A stretch of 40,238 bases of DNA. It comes from Bacteriovoracaceae bacterium. GTDB taxonomy: Bacteria; Bdellovibrionota; Bacteriovoracia; Bacteriovoracales; Bacteriovoracaceae. How positions within the stretch are numbered: the stretch's first letter is position 1; every line of letters starts with the position of its first letter. This document shows positions 9,712-19,039 of this stretch, piece by piece. The notes beneath the pieces are model-generated. The model worked only from the letters and a program-made list of their open reading frames with translations. It was not told the origin of the DNA and ran no database searches. Made by a program: the position numbers and the translations under genes. Location of the stretch: NCBI GenBank assembly GCA_018649885.1, contig JABIHA010000126.1, positions 62,001 through 102,238 of the forward strand. Direction: 5' to 3'.

Positions 9712-10431
9712 GAGACTCACTCCTATAATCAACAGAGTGCTGTGTACAAATTTAAAAAACCAGCTTGGGTTAATTTTTGGCAATAATTTTTCTCCTGCAA
9801 AACCTCCAAGCCAAATTGCAGGAAGCAGGTAAAAAATAGACATTCCCATTTGCTTATCGATGACTCCCCCAATGGAAAATTGAAGGAGTAAAATCAAATT
9901 AAGGACCACCCAAACCATGGCCAGTGTTGCCCTAAAAGTTTCCTTATCAGAAGTCAGATTTCCAACATAGTTAACAATAAGGGGACCTCCGGCTGCAAAC
10001 AGGCCATGAAAGATACCTCCTGTGAATGTTAAGACAAAATTGACAAGTTTATTTGGGCTTTTCTCCATATTCTTTTTAAAAAATAAATTCGAAAGGGCAA
10101 AAAAGATCACGCCTACTCCTAAAACAATTAGTAAGAAATCTACTTTAAAGCTCGCTTTTAAATAAAATCCAACGGCCAATCCCAGTCCCATTTTTGGCAA
10201 TATACTTTTAAGAATTATTTTCCATGAGACACTTTGGTAATTTTGGTAGGAAATTTTTGAAAACTGAATAAACGAGAGGATTACAATAATGGGAACGAGT
10301 CTATCAAGAGAAACTAACTGGGCACCCATGGAAATGGCAATGACAGCACTACCAAAACCAAGAACCGTGCCACAAAATGATGAGACAAATATAGTAAAAA
10401 ATAAAATGACACTAATAAATAGTTGATCCAT
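9697..10431 (-). CDS. TauE/SafE (TSUP) family exporter
   Basis: About 8 TM segments, GTVLGFGSAVI and GLFAAGGP...FRATL motifs. ATG 10431 has AGGTG upstream (track start is TTG 10446). Confidence 0.85.
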   Translation of the reverse strand: MDQLFISVILFFTIFVSSFCGTVLGFGSAVIAISMGAQLVSLDRLVPIIVILSFIQFSKISYQNYQSVSWKIILKSILPKMGLGLAVGFYLKASFKVDFLLIVLGVGVIFFALSNLFFKKNMEKSPNKLVNFVLTFTGGIFHGLFAAGGPLIVNYVGNLTSDKETFRATLAMVWVVLNLILLLQFSIGGVIDKQMGMSIFYLLPAIWLGGFAGEKLLPKINPSWFFKFVHSTLLIIGVSLLFKV

Positions 10432-10650
10432 TTTGGGCACCTGCAAACTGAGATACTAGAGGAATCAGAAAATTTTTCAAGAGTTTTGAAATATTTTGCT
10501 CTGTAGTCACCCAGTGTTTCATGACCCTGGAAGGGGCCAAAATCTATAAAAAACTGTTAAAAAGAGGTAATAATTTCAAACCCTTATAAAACTAGGGGAC
10601 ATAAATCTCCAGATATGATCTACCAAAAGACAATTAATAGGAGCTTCCAA

Positions 10651-12480
10651 ATGAAAATATTGTCAATTTTAAGCATATTACTTCTAAGCCTTTCAGTTTC
10701 CCAGGCCCAAACTGATATTAGGGGAAACTGTAGTGCTGACCGCACCTACTGTGCCTTCTTCTCGCCAGACGACCTTCCAATTGCAGCAGTGAGGGAATAC
10801 CTAAAAAGTGCTAAAGTCTCTATTAGAATCGCCACCTACAATGCCAATGTCACTGACTTCATAGATATTCTCAACAAACAAGCCGAAGCCGGTGTGAAAA
10901 TAGAATTCCTAGTGGATTACAAACTTTCTTGGAAATCAAATAAGGTATGGAACTCACTTAGTGAGCACGAAAACCTCATAAGATATAGAGTCCCAGTACT
11001 CCGAGGTGGCAATCCTCAAATGCATAACAAAGTGATCATCATAGATGGCAAAACAATTCTCATGGGATCTGCCAATTGGACCTACTCAGGACTTATGGCA
11101 AATTATGAAAATGTGCTAGCGATCACACGTCCAAGTGTTGTAAAAAAATTCAATGATGAGCTCGATGAGCTCAGAGAAGTCTCAAAAAAAGCTTGTGAAT
11201 TATTTTCTAATAAAAACTGCCAAAGTGGAGGCGCTGATTGGGATAGTAAATTCCATGAATTTGCTACCAGCGGAAAAGTTCCTGAGAACGCAATTTTATG
11301 GACCTCATCAAATTGTTCAACCTTAACCAAAGGATGGGGCCTTGTGAACAACAAGTCTCAATTTAAGGAAGAGGAAATTAAGTTTTGCTTTAAAGATGGG
11401 AGATGGCTTGAACTCGCTAATTTTGCCGCCCAAAATGAAAGGTATATTGATGGCCAAAAAGTCAGCGATAATCTTGAAAAATTTCTTGAAGAAGACGCTC
11501 AAGAGGGACAAAAAGACCGAGTTTACTTTGCTCCAGAAGACAATATTGAAAAAGTACTACTTGATCAGCTTTCAAAAGCACTGATAACACCTGAAGAAAG
11601 CTTTGTTTACATCTCCACTAACTTCATTACCAATAAAAAGTTTGCAAAAAAAGTAGTTGAGCTATTTGAAAATGGAGTCAGAGTTAAGCTCTTCTTTGAT
11701 CGCGGACGCTATGAAGACGACAACTTTCAACATGCTATATCAATACTCAAACCACTAGGCTTCACCAACGGCACTGATCGCTCTGATATAGATCTATTGA
11801 CAATTTTCGACAATAAAATTACTGGTCCCTATGGATCTAATCACAATAAGATGGCCATAATGAGTACCCCCAGAGAAGGTCTGGCCCTTATTAATGGCTC
11901 TGCCAATTGGTCTAATAGCGCTGTCAGAAGAAACGATGAGAATCTTTTGGTGATAAAAGATGATCAATTAGTGGCCATTTATGCCAAAGAGATAATAAGC
12001 CAACTCTATGTTTACAGATACTCACAAAATATTAAGTCCCCTGGGTTTCAAGATGATCTGGCCTATTTAGAAAGTAAAATCCCGTGTCTTGGAAATATCG
12101 TAGGAACTTCATCTCACTGTGAGGGCTGGGCCCCTAAAAAGAGGGCCACAGCGGTACTTTCGGTCAAAGATGTACCAGCAAGCGCTGAAACGCAAAGAGT
12201 TTGGGCATGGGTTCCTCAGTTAAATAACAATAATGGCGGAGCAGTCGAGCTTTTTACTCACAGAACTTTTGAAGGAAAATGGGTTAGCTCAGTATCTCTT
12301 CCTCCCAACTGGAGATTCTCTTTTAAATTCTTCAAAACCTCAATCGAGACCGATCCCAACAGTGTGGGCCTTACAGGTGCTTCATGGGAATACGAAGGCA
12401 TGGGAAACGATAGATGGCTTTCGCTGCCTGCACTTAGCTTAGAGAAGGTAGGAGATGTCTACACATGGGGCAAGCTATAA
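10651..12480 (+). CDS. Secreted phospholipase D/Nuc superfamily protein with two PLD domains and a C-terminal CBM20-like domain
   Basis: AGGAG RBS before ATG 10651 and a signal peptide; HNKVIIID...GSANWT and HNKMAIMS...GSANWS...NDEN motifs; C-terminal W..V.LP....F.FKF...WE....NDR pattern. Confidence 0.88.
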   Translation: MKILSILSILLLSLSVSQAQTDIRGNCSADRTYCAFFSPDDLPIAAVREYLKSAKVSIRIATYNANVTDFIDILNKQAEAGVKIEFLVDYKLSWKSNKVWNSLSEHENLIRYRVPVLRGGNPQMHNKVIIIDGKTILMGSANWTYSGLMANYENVLAITRPSVVKKFNDELDELREVSKKACELFSNKNCQSGGADWDSKFHEFATSGKVPENAILWTSSNCSTLTKGWGLVNNKSQFKEEEIKFCFKDGRWLELANFAAQNERYIDGQKVSDNLEKFLEEDAQEGQKDRVYFAPEDNIEKVLLDQLSKALITPEESFVYISTNFITNKKFAKKVVELFENGVRVKLFFDRGRYEDDNFQHAISILKPLGFTNGTDRSDIDLLTIFDNKITGPYGSNHNKMAIMSTPREGLALINGSANWSNSAVRRNDENLLVIKDDQLVAIYAKEIISQLYVYRYSQNIKSPGFQDDLAYLESKIPCLGNIVGTSSHCEGWAPKKRATAVLSVKDVPASAETQRVWAWVPQLNNNNGGAVELFTHRTFEGKWVSSVSLPPNWRFSFKFFKTSIETDPNSVGLTGASWEYEGMGNDRWLSLPALSLEKVGDVYTWGKL

Positions 12481-13761
12481 AGAGAAAGTGGAGACAATAG
12501 CTGGGTGGTCTGAATAGGTGCCACTCACTTGAGCCCAGTCATGATGATTAAAAAAGACGTGAGAGCTAGATGGACTCAGCTCACCTGCATAAAAAACAAA
12601 ATCAATTCTATTTTTTCGATTACACTGACTTCCACACTTTGAAGCTCTTCTGGACACTTCAAGTGCTTCTTTAAACTTAAAAATGGAGGCGCCAAATTGT
12701 AGCTGAAATTTTTTGAAGTTTGATACAGCGCTGATAATTCTATTTTTGGCCTCTTTAGCACTAAATATGGTGGCCCATCTTTTGTAAGATGAGTTATTGA
12801 GATTCCACAATTCTTTTTCAAGCTTTTCTAATTTTTTTTGAAAGAACCCATCTAGTAAGAAAGAATAGTCCGCATGGTTTTTTAACAATATGGGAATAAG
12901 TGTCACTTCAGATATTTTGCTAACTGGGCTGTGGTAGAGTCTGGCATTAAAGTCCCCTGCTATAACCACTCCCCCAAAGTTCTTATTCACCCGATCTGTG
13001 CTTACTAATTTTTCCAAGTAAACTCTCAGCGCAAGCGCTTGCTCAAAGCCTGAGACTTTATGGCCTTGGTGAACATTGGCAGCATAGAAGAATTTATGAC
13101 TTCCTTTAATTTTGAATTTTAAAAGCTGAAAAAATAGCTTATCTCCATACTTATTGTAGGAGATATCCATCGATTTATTACTTACCACGGATATTTTTTT
13201 CGGGTTTACAACAAAGGCCATGCCCTCGACAACAAGCCCACCAGGGTAAGGATTGTCGCCAATATTAAAGACGGTTTGAGGAGATCCTTTCACTAGTTTG
13301 ACAATTTTGCCTCTATTAAATGTATTTTTATCAGTGACCCAACCTCGGTTTCCACGGCAAGCAAGGTAGCTTACAAACGAGCCTGTCTTTTTTGCAATGG
13401 CCTGGGACTGATTCTCAAATTGCTGAGGATATTTTCCATCTTTAAAACTAGAGCAATCTTTTTTTCCTGAGACCGAACCAGAAACCACTTCTTGCAAAAA
13501 AACTAAATCTACCCTTTGATCTAAAATCCAACGGGCAATATACTTATTTCTTAAAATCGAGCCGTTGATTAACTCTTTTGGAGTGAAGTAAAATAAGTTG
13601 GATGGAGCGAGAGATAATTTACCACTAGCATCTTGAAAATATCTCTGGCCTTGGTTTGTAGGATGTAGGCCGTGTAAATTGAAAGTTGCCACTTTGAATT
13701 CAGTGGCAAAAAGATTAAATATTAATAAAAACAGTAAAATAGCAATCCATGCTTTTTTCAC
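12475..13761 (-). CDS. Secreted endonuclease/exonuclease/phosphatase (EEP) family protein
   Basis: VATFNL, DLVFLQEV, IAGDFNA, RIDFVF and SDHPAI motifs. GTG 13761 gives a clean signal peptide and removes the overlap with the upstream gene. Confidence 0.88.
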   Translation of the reverse strand: MKKAWIAILLFLLIFNLFATEFKVATFNLHGLHPTNQGQRYFQDASGKLSLAPSNLFYFTPKELINGSILRNKYIARWILDQRVDLVFLQEVVSGSVSGKKDCSSFKDGKYPQQFENQSQAIAKKTGSFVSYLACRGNRGWVTDKNTFNRGKIVKLVKGSPQTVFNIGDNPYPGGLVVEGMAFVVNPKKISVVSNKSMDISYNKYGDKLFFQLLKFKIKGSHKFFYAANVHQGHKVSGFEQALALRVYLEKLVSTDRVNKNFGGVVIAGDFNARLYHSPVSKISEVTLIPILLKNHADYSFLLDGFFQKKLEKLEKELWNLNNSSYKRWATIFSAKEAKNRIISAVSNFKKFQLQFGASIFKFKEALEVSRRASKCGSQCNRKNRIDFVFYAGELSPSSSHVFFNHHDWAQVSGTYSDHPAIVSTFSL

Positions 13762-13769
13762 TAGAAACC

Positions 13770-14306
13770 TTACCTTCTTCGCATTCGCTTTTGAAGATCC
13801 ATCATCTTCTTTTGGAATTCCATGCAAGCGCTTGAAGCTTTTCCGTCTGTGGCCATTTTTTTCATACAGCCTCGAAGCTCTTTTCCCTCAAGTCCTGAGC
13901 AGTGTTTTTCTCTATCGCCCTGGCAAGCTGCGATTCCGTCTTTTTTGGCATTTAAAATTTCTTTGCATCCAGGAGAAATTTCATCAATATGCTTTTGCAA
14001 ACATTCCTTGCCTGCCCTTCTAGCTCCTGCACAGAATTTTTCAATGTCGTCCATACAAGGATTCGCTTGTCTTCTTTGATCCAGCCATCCTTTACACTCA
14101 GGACTAACCTTCCCCTCACTTTCAAGTTTTTTAAGGCATTTAGTGACATGGCCTCGCTCTTTTTTACCCGTGGTCTTAGACATACAGTGCTGCTGCATTT
14201 CTACCATACAAGGATTAATTTTTTTCATCATAGCAAGTCTCTCAGCACTTTGAGAGTAAACCTGCTGACTGAGAGAGACCAATAAAAATAGAGCTATTAA
14301 CTTCAT
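13770..14306 (-). CDS. Secreted cysteine-rich repeat protein (GLG1/Cys_rich_FGFR-like repeats)
   Basis: Signal peptide and three C-x7-C...C[LM]xK...SxxC repeats (NPCMVEMQQHC, NPCMDDIEKFC, AACQGDREKHC). Confidence 0.8.
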   Translation of the reverse strand: MKLIALFLLVSLSQQVYSQSAERLAMMKKINPCMVEMQQHCMSKTTGKKERGHVTKCLKKLESEGKVSPECKGWLDQRRQANPCMDDIEKFCAGARRAGKECLQKHIDEISPGCKEILNAKKDGIAACQGDREKHCSGLEGKELRGCMKKMATDGKASSACMEFQKKMMDLQKRMRRR

Positions 14307-14316
14307 ACGATTACCT

Positions 14317-14342
14317 AAAAAAAAGGGGGCCCCATGACCCCC
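14317..14342 (-). terminator. Rho-independent terminator
   Basis: Minus strand GGGGGTC-ATGG-GGCCCCC followed by T8, just after the stop at 14351. Confidence 0.8.
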
Positions 14343-14350
14343 GTATTGTC

Positions 14351-14872
14351 TTATTTTAAATCAAATTCAAATCTTCTGCCTCTACTTTTTACTTTGTAGT
14401 CATGCTTACTTGAGATCACCTTTGCTTCATAGTCCAGGTCTGCTCTTTTAAAACGTTCTTGATCAATAGTGATTTCAAAAGTTTCAACTTCAACCTTACT
14501 TAACATGGCCGCATCTTTAAAGTTAAGTTTGATACTTTTTTGAACAGTAAGAACTTTTTCAGCGTATCTCATGCAGTATCTTTCATATGATCTATAACGA
14601 TCGTAATCTGAATATCTTGGGTAGTGATCTGGAAATGGGTTGCCTCTCATAACCCATCTCATACAAACTAGTCCTTTATATTTATGAGAAAATTTAACTT
14701 TTACTTTCGCAGGAGTTGCCGCTGTTCTTGTAAGCATTAAAGTTTCTTGCAAACGCATCCCTCTAGCTTGAGTTAACTCACCTAGATTCATTTTTTTATC
14801 ATTAAGTTTCAAATCAACTGATGCCTGAGCACCAAAGGCCAGCAAAAGTGCCAAGACCATTACAAATTTCAT
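14351..14872 (-). CDS. Hypothetical secreted protein
   Basis: Strong GAGGAGGAG RBS, signal peptide ending AQA, and a paired CMRW/CMRY motif. Confidence 0.82.
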   Translation of the reverse strand: MKFVMVLALLLAFGAQASVDLKLNDKKMNLGELTQARGMRLQETLMLTRTAATPAKVKVKFSHKYKGLVCMRWVMRGNPFPDHYPRYSDYDRYRSYERYCMRYAEKVLTVQKSIKLNFKDAAMLSKVEVETFEITIDQERFKRADLDYEAKVISSKHDYKVKSRGRRFEFDLK

Positions 14873-15017
14873 AGCTCCTCCTCGAAGACTGAGTAAAAAT
14901 ATAGAGCTTTGATCATGGCCTTAAAATTTTGGCCTATAAAGACACTATGAAGCATACTTACCCCATTCCTGGCGCGTAGCTCTACCAATTGTGTCTGTCC
15001 TTTAATACACTTATTCC

Positions 15018-16886
15018 ATGAAAAAAATATTCCTACTCATTATGCTTTCTGGTGTTATTGGCTGTAGCTCAAAAAATGGTGATGCTGATAAAAGCCGGAT
15101 TATCATTAATTTGAATAAGTCGACAAACCCTGAGGCCCAGAGCTTTACCGCCGGTGGTGGACCATGGGGCTTGGCCGACCCTAGCTCCATGTCTGAAATA
15201 AATTGTGTTGCTATTTTTATTGGGCGAAATGGAGGAGGAAATGACGGAAGCTGTACTAACAGTAGTGACGTCACTGAGATTGAAGTTTTCGAAATCCTCG
15301 GACCCTATAGTTTCTCAGGTCCGACCCTGACCATTGATGAGAAAATCGAAGCTGAAGACAATCTTAACTTTTATCTTATGGGCCAAAAGTCTACTGGAAG
15401 CTGCCCGGCCAGCTACTTCGGACTTACTCCGGCCCAACTTGTAACTCTTTCTGCCCCCTATGTCTTTGGCTCTACAACTCAGAGTCTGACCGCTGGGGAG
15501 TCCACCACTATCAACTTGTCCGGAGCCTTTGCAGGCTCAACACGAATCAATAATTGCACAGGTGCTCTCTTTGGAAGTAATTACGACTCAATATGTGACC
15601 TCTATCCTAATGTTACTCACTTTGCTGATATCGACATGGGCATTAACGATTATTTGATTTGCAACTCAGACCAATTAGAATCTATTGGCATCGATGGAAC
15701 TGCACTATCGGCAAATTTTGAATTGGCCCAAGACATAGTCTATCCAGCTGGCCCCCACACACCAATTGGATCAGCAGGAGCCCCTTTTACAGGAAATTTT
15801 GAGGGAGGAGACCACAGTATTTCAGGATTTACTACCGCCAACTCCGCACTTTCTCATGTAGGATTTTTCTCCCATACAGATGGTGCAAATATTCAAAACC
15901 TTCACCTAATAAATGCACAAGTTTATGGCAGCGACTATGTAGGAATTCTTATCGGTCACGCAGAAAATGGAAGCAATATATATAATGTGAGGGCCGAAGG
16001 AACCGTCACTGGCGTAAGTAGTAGTGGATCAATTGGCGGCCTAATTGGAAGCTTGGGAGACCCTGGTACTAGTTTAGATAGTTGCAGTTCATCAGCTGAT
16101 ATCACCCTCGATGCTAATGGTAGAGGAGGCTCCCTTGTTGGAATTGTTGAATTCAGCGCCAGTGTTTCCAACTGTAATGCATCGGGCAGTGTAACAGGAG
16201 CAGGGAATGCAAACCGAAGCCTTGGAGGACTTATAGGTCGGCTAGATGATTCTTTTGTTTCCTATACTTATTCTACTGGAGCAGTCAACGATGGCAATAT
16301 AAGTACTGCCAACCTTTATGCTGGAGGACTAGTAGGAGAAGTTATTGCCTCTAGTACATTTAGCTCGTTCGTTTCATCATCTTTTAGTACCGGAGCTGTC
16401 ACCACTATTAGCTCTGGAGCTCAGAGCTCAACGGGTGGATTAGTCGGGATTATGGATGGTACTGCAGGAGGAAGCGCTGGTGTTGACAGCAGTTATTCAA
16501 CTAGCACCGTTACAAGTAGTACTGGAGATGCCTCTTCTGCTGTTGGCGGTCTTGTGGGCGAATGTAACACGGCCACGATTTCGGAGTCATTTAGCATTGG
16601 TAATGTCATATCCAATGGAAACCTTTCTGAAAATGCGTCTCTTTTTCTAGGCCTAGACGTTTCAATTTCATGTGCAATTTCTGATGGGGAGTTCTACACA
16701 AGTGCAACTTGCACCAACTGCCCAACGGGTTCATATATTCAGCCAAACGGTCAAGCAACTACCGGTTACTTTTTCAGCTCATTTGTTAGACCGATGTCCG
16801 GAGCCAGTTGGGATTTTTCCAGTGTATGGTATGGAGACATTGGTACTTTTCCCACACTGCGATCTGCAAGTTCTACCTATGATTAA
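15018..16886 (+). CDS. Surface lipoprotein with GLUG-motif repeats (beta-solenoid)
   Basis: Lipobox VIGC, FTGNFEGGDHSISG, and repeated [IVL]GGL[IV]G units separated by S.STG.V. Confidence 0.85.
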   Translation: MKKIFLLIMLSGVIGCSSKNGDADKSRIIINLNKSTNPEAQSFTAGGGPWGLADPSSMSEINCVAIFIGRNGGGNDGSCTNSSDVTEIEVFEILGPYSFSGPTLTIDEKIEAEDNLNFYLMGQKSTGSCPASYFGLTPAQLVTLSAPYVFGSTTQSLTAGESTTINLSGAFAGSTRINNCTGALFGSNYDSICDLYPNVTHFADIDMGINDYLICNSDQLESIGIDGTALSANFELAQDIVYPAGPHTPIGSAGAPFTGNFEGGDHSISGFTTANSALSHVGFFSHTDGANIQNLHLINAQVYGSDYVGILIGHAENGSNIYNVRAEGTVTGVSSSGSIGGLIGSLGDPGTSLDSCSSSADITLDANGRGGSLVGIVEFSASVSNCNASGSVTGAGNANRSLGGLIGRLDDSFVSYTYSTGAVNDGNISTANLYAGGLVGEVIASSTFSSFVSSSFSTGAVTTISSGAQSSTGGLVGIMDGTAGGSAGVDSSYSTSTVTSSTGDASSAVGGLVGECNTATISESFSIGNVISNGNLSENASLFLGLDVSISCAISDGEFYTSATCTNCPTGSYIQPNGQATTGYFFSSFVRPMSGASWDFSSVWYGDIGTFPTLRSASSTYD

Positions 16887-16899
16887 AACTGAGATAAAT

Positions 16900-18594
16900 T
16901 TATTTTAGAAAGTTTTCCACTTCTTTTGCACAGCCTAGCTGTAGAACGCGCTCAAGTTGCTTCTGGCACTGAGAGTAATGTAATTCTCTAATCAAGGCCC
17001 GAGTGGAAAGAGTATCACTTGGAGTTACCGACAATTCATCGATGCCCATTCCCACCCAAAGGGGTACCAACTCTTTTTGACAAGCGGCTTCTCCGCACAT
17101 CCCAACCCAAATGCCGGCTTCGTGGGCATTTTGAATGACTAGGTTAATGAGTCTTAAAATCGCTGGATTATAAGGTGTGTAGAGATTCATCAGTTTTTGG
17201 TTCATGCGATCTACTGCTACCGTATACTGAATCAAATCATTAGTTCCAATACTCATAAAGTCTACGTGTTTTGCCAATATATCTGACTCAATTGCAGCAG
17301 ATGGAACTTCTATCATCATTCCAAATTCATAATCTTTTGAAAATTCAGTCCCCTCACCTTCAAGCTCTCTTTCACACTCACTAAATAATTCTTTAACCTG
17401 TAATACTTCTTCAAGACATGAAATCATGGGAACCATTATTTTTAGGTTACCATTCACCCCGGCCCTTAAAAGAGCTCTCAGTTGTGTTTTAAATAATTGA
17501 CTATTTTCGAGACAAAGCCTTACCCCTCGGACTCCCAAAAAAGGATTTTCTTCTTTTTCAAGATTTAGATAATCGACTTGTTTGTCTCCACCAATATCGA
17601 GAGTTCTTATGACCACTGGCTTGGGAGACAAGGAAGACAAAACTTCACTATAAACGCTAAATTGTTCCTGCTCGCTAGGTGCAGTATCAGTATTCATAAA
17701 AAGAAATTCTGTTCTAAAAAGGCCCACTCCCTCAGAGTCATTTTCAACAACAAAACTGACATCAGTGGTAGAGCGTATATTTGAAGCCAGTTCGATTTTT
17801 TTAGAATCGAGGGTCACTGTCTCAAGACCATGGTATTTTTTTAAAAGATCTTTATTCTTGCGGTAGTCAATTTTCTTTTCTTCAAACTCTTTGATGACTG
17901 TCTCATCAGGATTGACATAAACCTCGGCAAAATCACCATCAAAGACCAACAAATCACCAGTCGTGACACTTGAAGAAATATTTCCAAGACCAACCACTGC
18001 TGGAATTTCTAAAGTTCTAGCAATAATAGCGCTATGAGAAGTTCTTCCCCCAATATCTGTTAAAAAGCCAACCACTTTAGATCTGTCCATAACAGCTGTT
18101 TCTGAGGGAGTGATATCCCCCGCAACTAAAATGACTTCGTCTTCTAGTGTAGACAAATCACACAAGGGAATTCCCAACATATTTTTGAGAACCCTTTGAG
18201 AAATATCTTTAACGTCAGCACTTCTGGCCCTCATATATTCATCATCCATCGATTCAAAAACAGCGATGAACTGGTCCGTGACTTCTTGGTAAGCAAATTC
18301 ACTGGAGTATTTATGCTCTAAAATAAGAGTTTTTGTTTGATCTAATACTTCAATGTCTTCAAGTAGCATTTGGTGAGATTCAAAAATTAAGGCGTGATCC
18401 TCACCTAAGTTGATTTTAGATTTTTCAGCAATTTTTTGGAGTTGATCTTTAGAGCAAGCGATAGCACTTTCAAGCCTACTAAGTTGAAGATTTGATGAAT
18501 CCACCGTGAGTCTTTCAACCCTAACAGGTGAATTGTTGATAACTAAGGCACGACCAATGGCCACGCCCGGTGATGCTTTGTGCCCTTTAAGCAT
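16900..18594 (-). CDS. ptsI: PEP-protein phosphotransferase (PTS enzyme I)
   Basis: Phospho-His motif GGRTSHSAIIAR, plus GLFRTEFLF, RTLDIGGDK, EENPFLGVRG, SIGTNDLIQY and GMCGE. Confidence 0.97.
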   Translation of the reverse strand: MLKGHKASPGVAIGRALVINNSPVRVERLTVDSSNLQLSRLESAIACSKDQLQKIAEKSKINLGEDHALIFESHQMLLEDIEVLDQTKTLILEHKYSSEFAYQEVTDQFIAVFESMDDEYMRARSADVKDISQRVLKNMLGIPLCDLSTLEDEVILVAGDITPSETAVMDRSKVVGFLTDIGGRTSHSAIIARTLEIPAVVGLGNISSSVTTGDLLVFDGDFAEVYVNPDETVIKEFEEKKIDYRKNKDLLKKYHGLETVTLDSKKIELASNIRSTTDVSFVVENDSEGVGLFRTEFLFMNTDTAPSEQEQFSVYSEVLSSLSPKPVVIRTLDIGGDKQVDYLNLEKEENPFLGVRGVRLCLENSQLFKTQLRALLRAGVNGNLKIMVPMISCLEEVLQVKELFSECERELEGEGTEFSKDYEFGMMIEVPSAAIESDILAKHVDFMSIGTNDLIQYTVAVDRMNQKLMNLYTPYNPAILRLINLVIQNAHEAGIWVGMCGEAACQKELVPLWVGMGIDELSVTPSDTLSTRALIRELHYSQCQKQLERVLQLGCAKEVENFLK

Positions 18595-18610
18595 GTCTCA
18601 CTCCCCGTTT

Positions 18611-18865
18611 TTATTTTTGATCTATTATAAAGGCCTCAAGAGCTTCGAGTGCATTTTGTTCATCATCACCCGTTGCCGTCAAAGTAATTTCAGTATTTTT
18701 TGTAATTCCCATACTCATGACACTCATGACTGACTTGGCATTACCCTTTTTTCCACCGGCCGCGATAGTGATGTCAGAATTAAACTTTGTTGCTTCGCGC
18801 ACAAAAAGAGCAGCAGGTCTTGCATGAAGCCCCGTTTCATTTTTTATCTCAATTACTTTTTCCAT
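18611..18865 (-). CDS. ptsH: Phosphocarrier protein HPr
   Basis: GLHARPAA (His15 motif) and NAKSVMSVMSMG (Ser46 motif); 84 aa. Confidence 0.97.
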   Translation of the reverse strand: MEKVIEIKNETGLHARPAALFVREATKFNSDITIAAGGKKGNAKSVMSVMSMGITKNTEITLTATGDDEQNALEALEAFIIDQK

Positions 18866-19039
18866 AATTTAATAAATCCTTAAATAAAAAATTTCACACC
18901 TTGCGCCACTCTAACCCTAAAAAGCCCCATCGCCAAAGGCAAAGTACACAATTTTTTAGATTTTGCTGCTTTAGCGTTGGCCACAAAATTCCCTTTTAGG
19001 TATAGCTTGGGGCACATCTAAAATATCGGAGTTATTAAT

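Noticed and set aside
10651..13761. PLD plus nuclease as an anti-phage defence system
   Set aside because: Both proteins have signal peptides and are convergent, and there is no helicase, ATPase or methylase partner or defence-island context.
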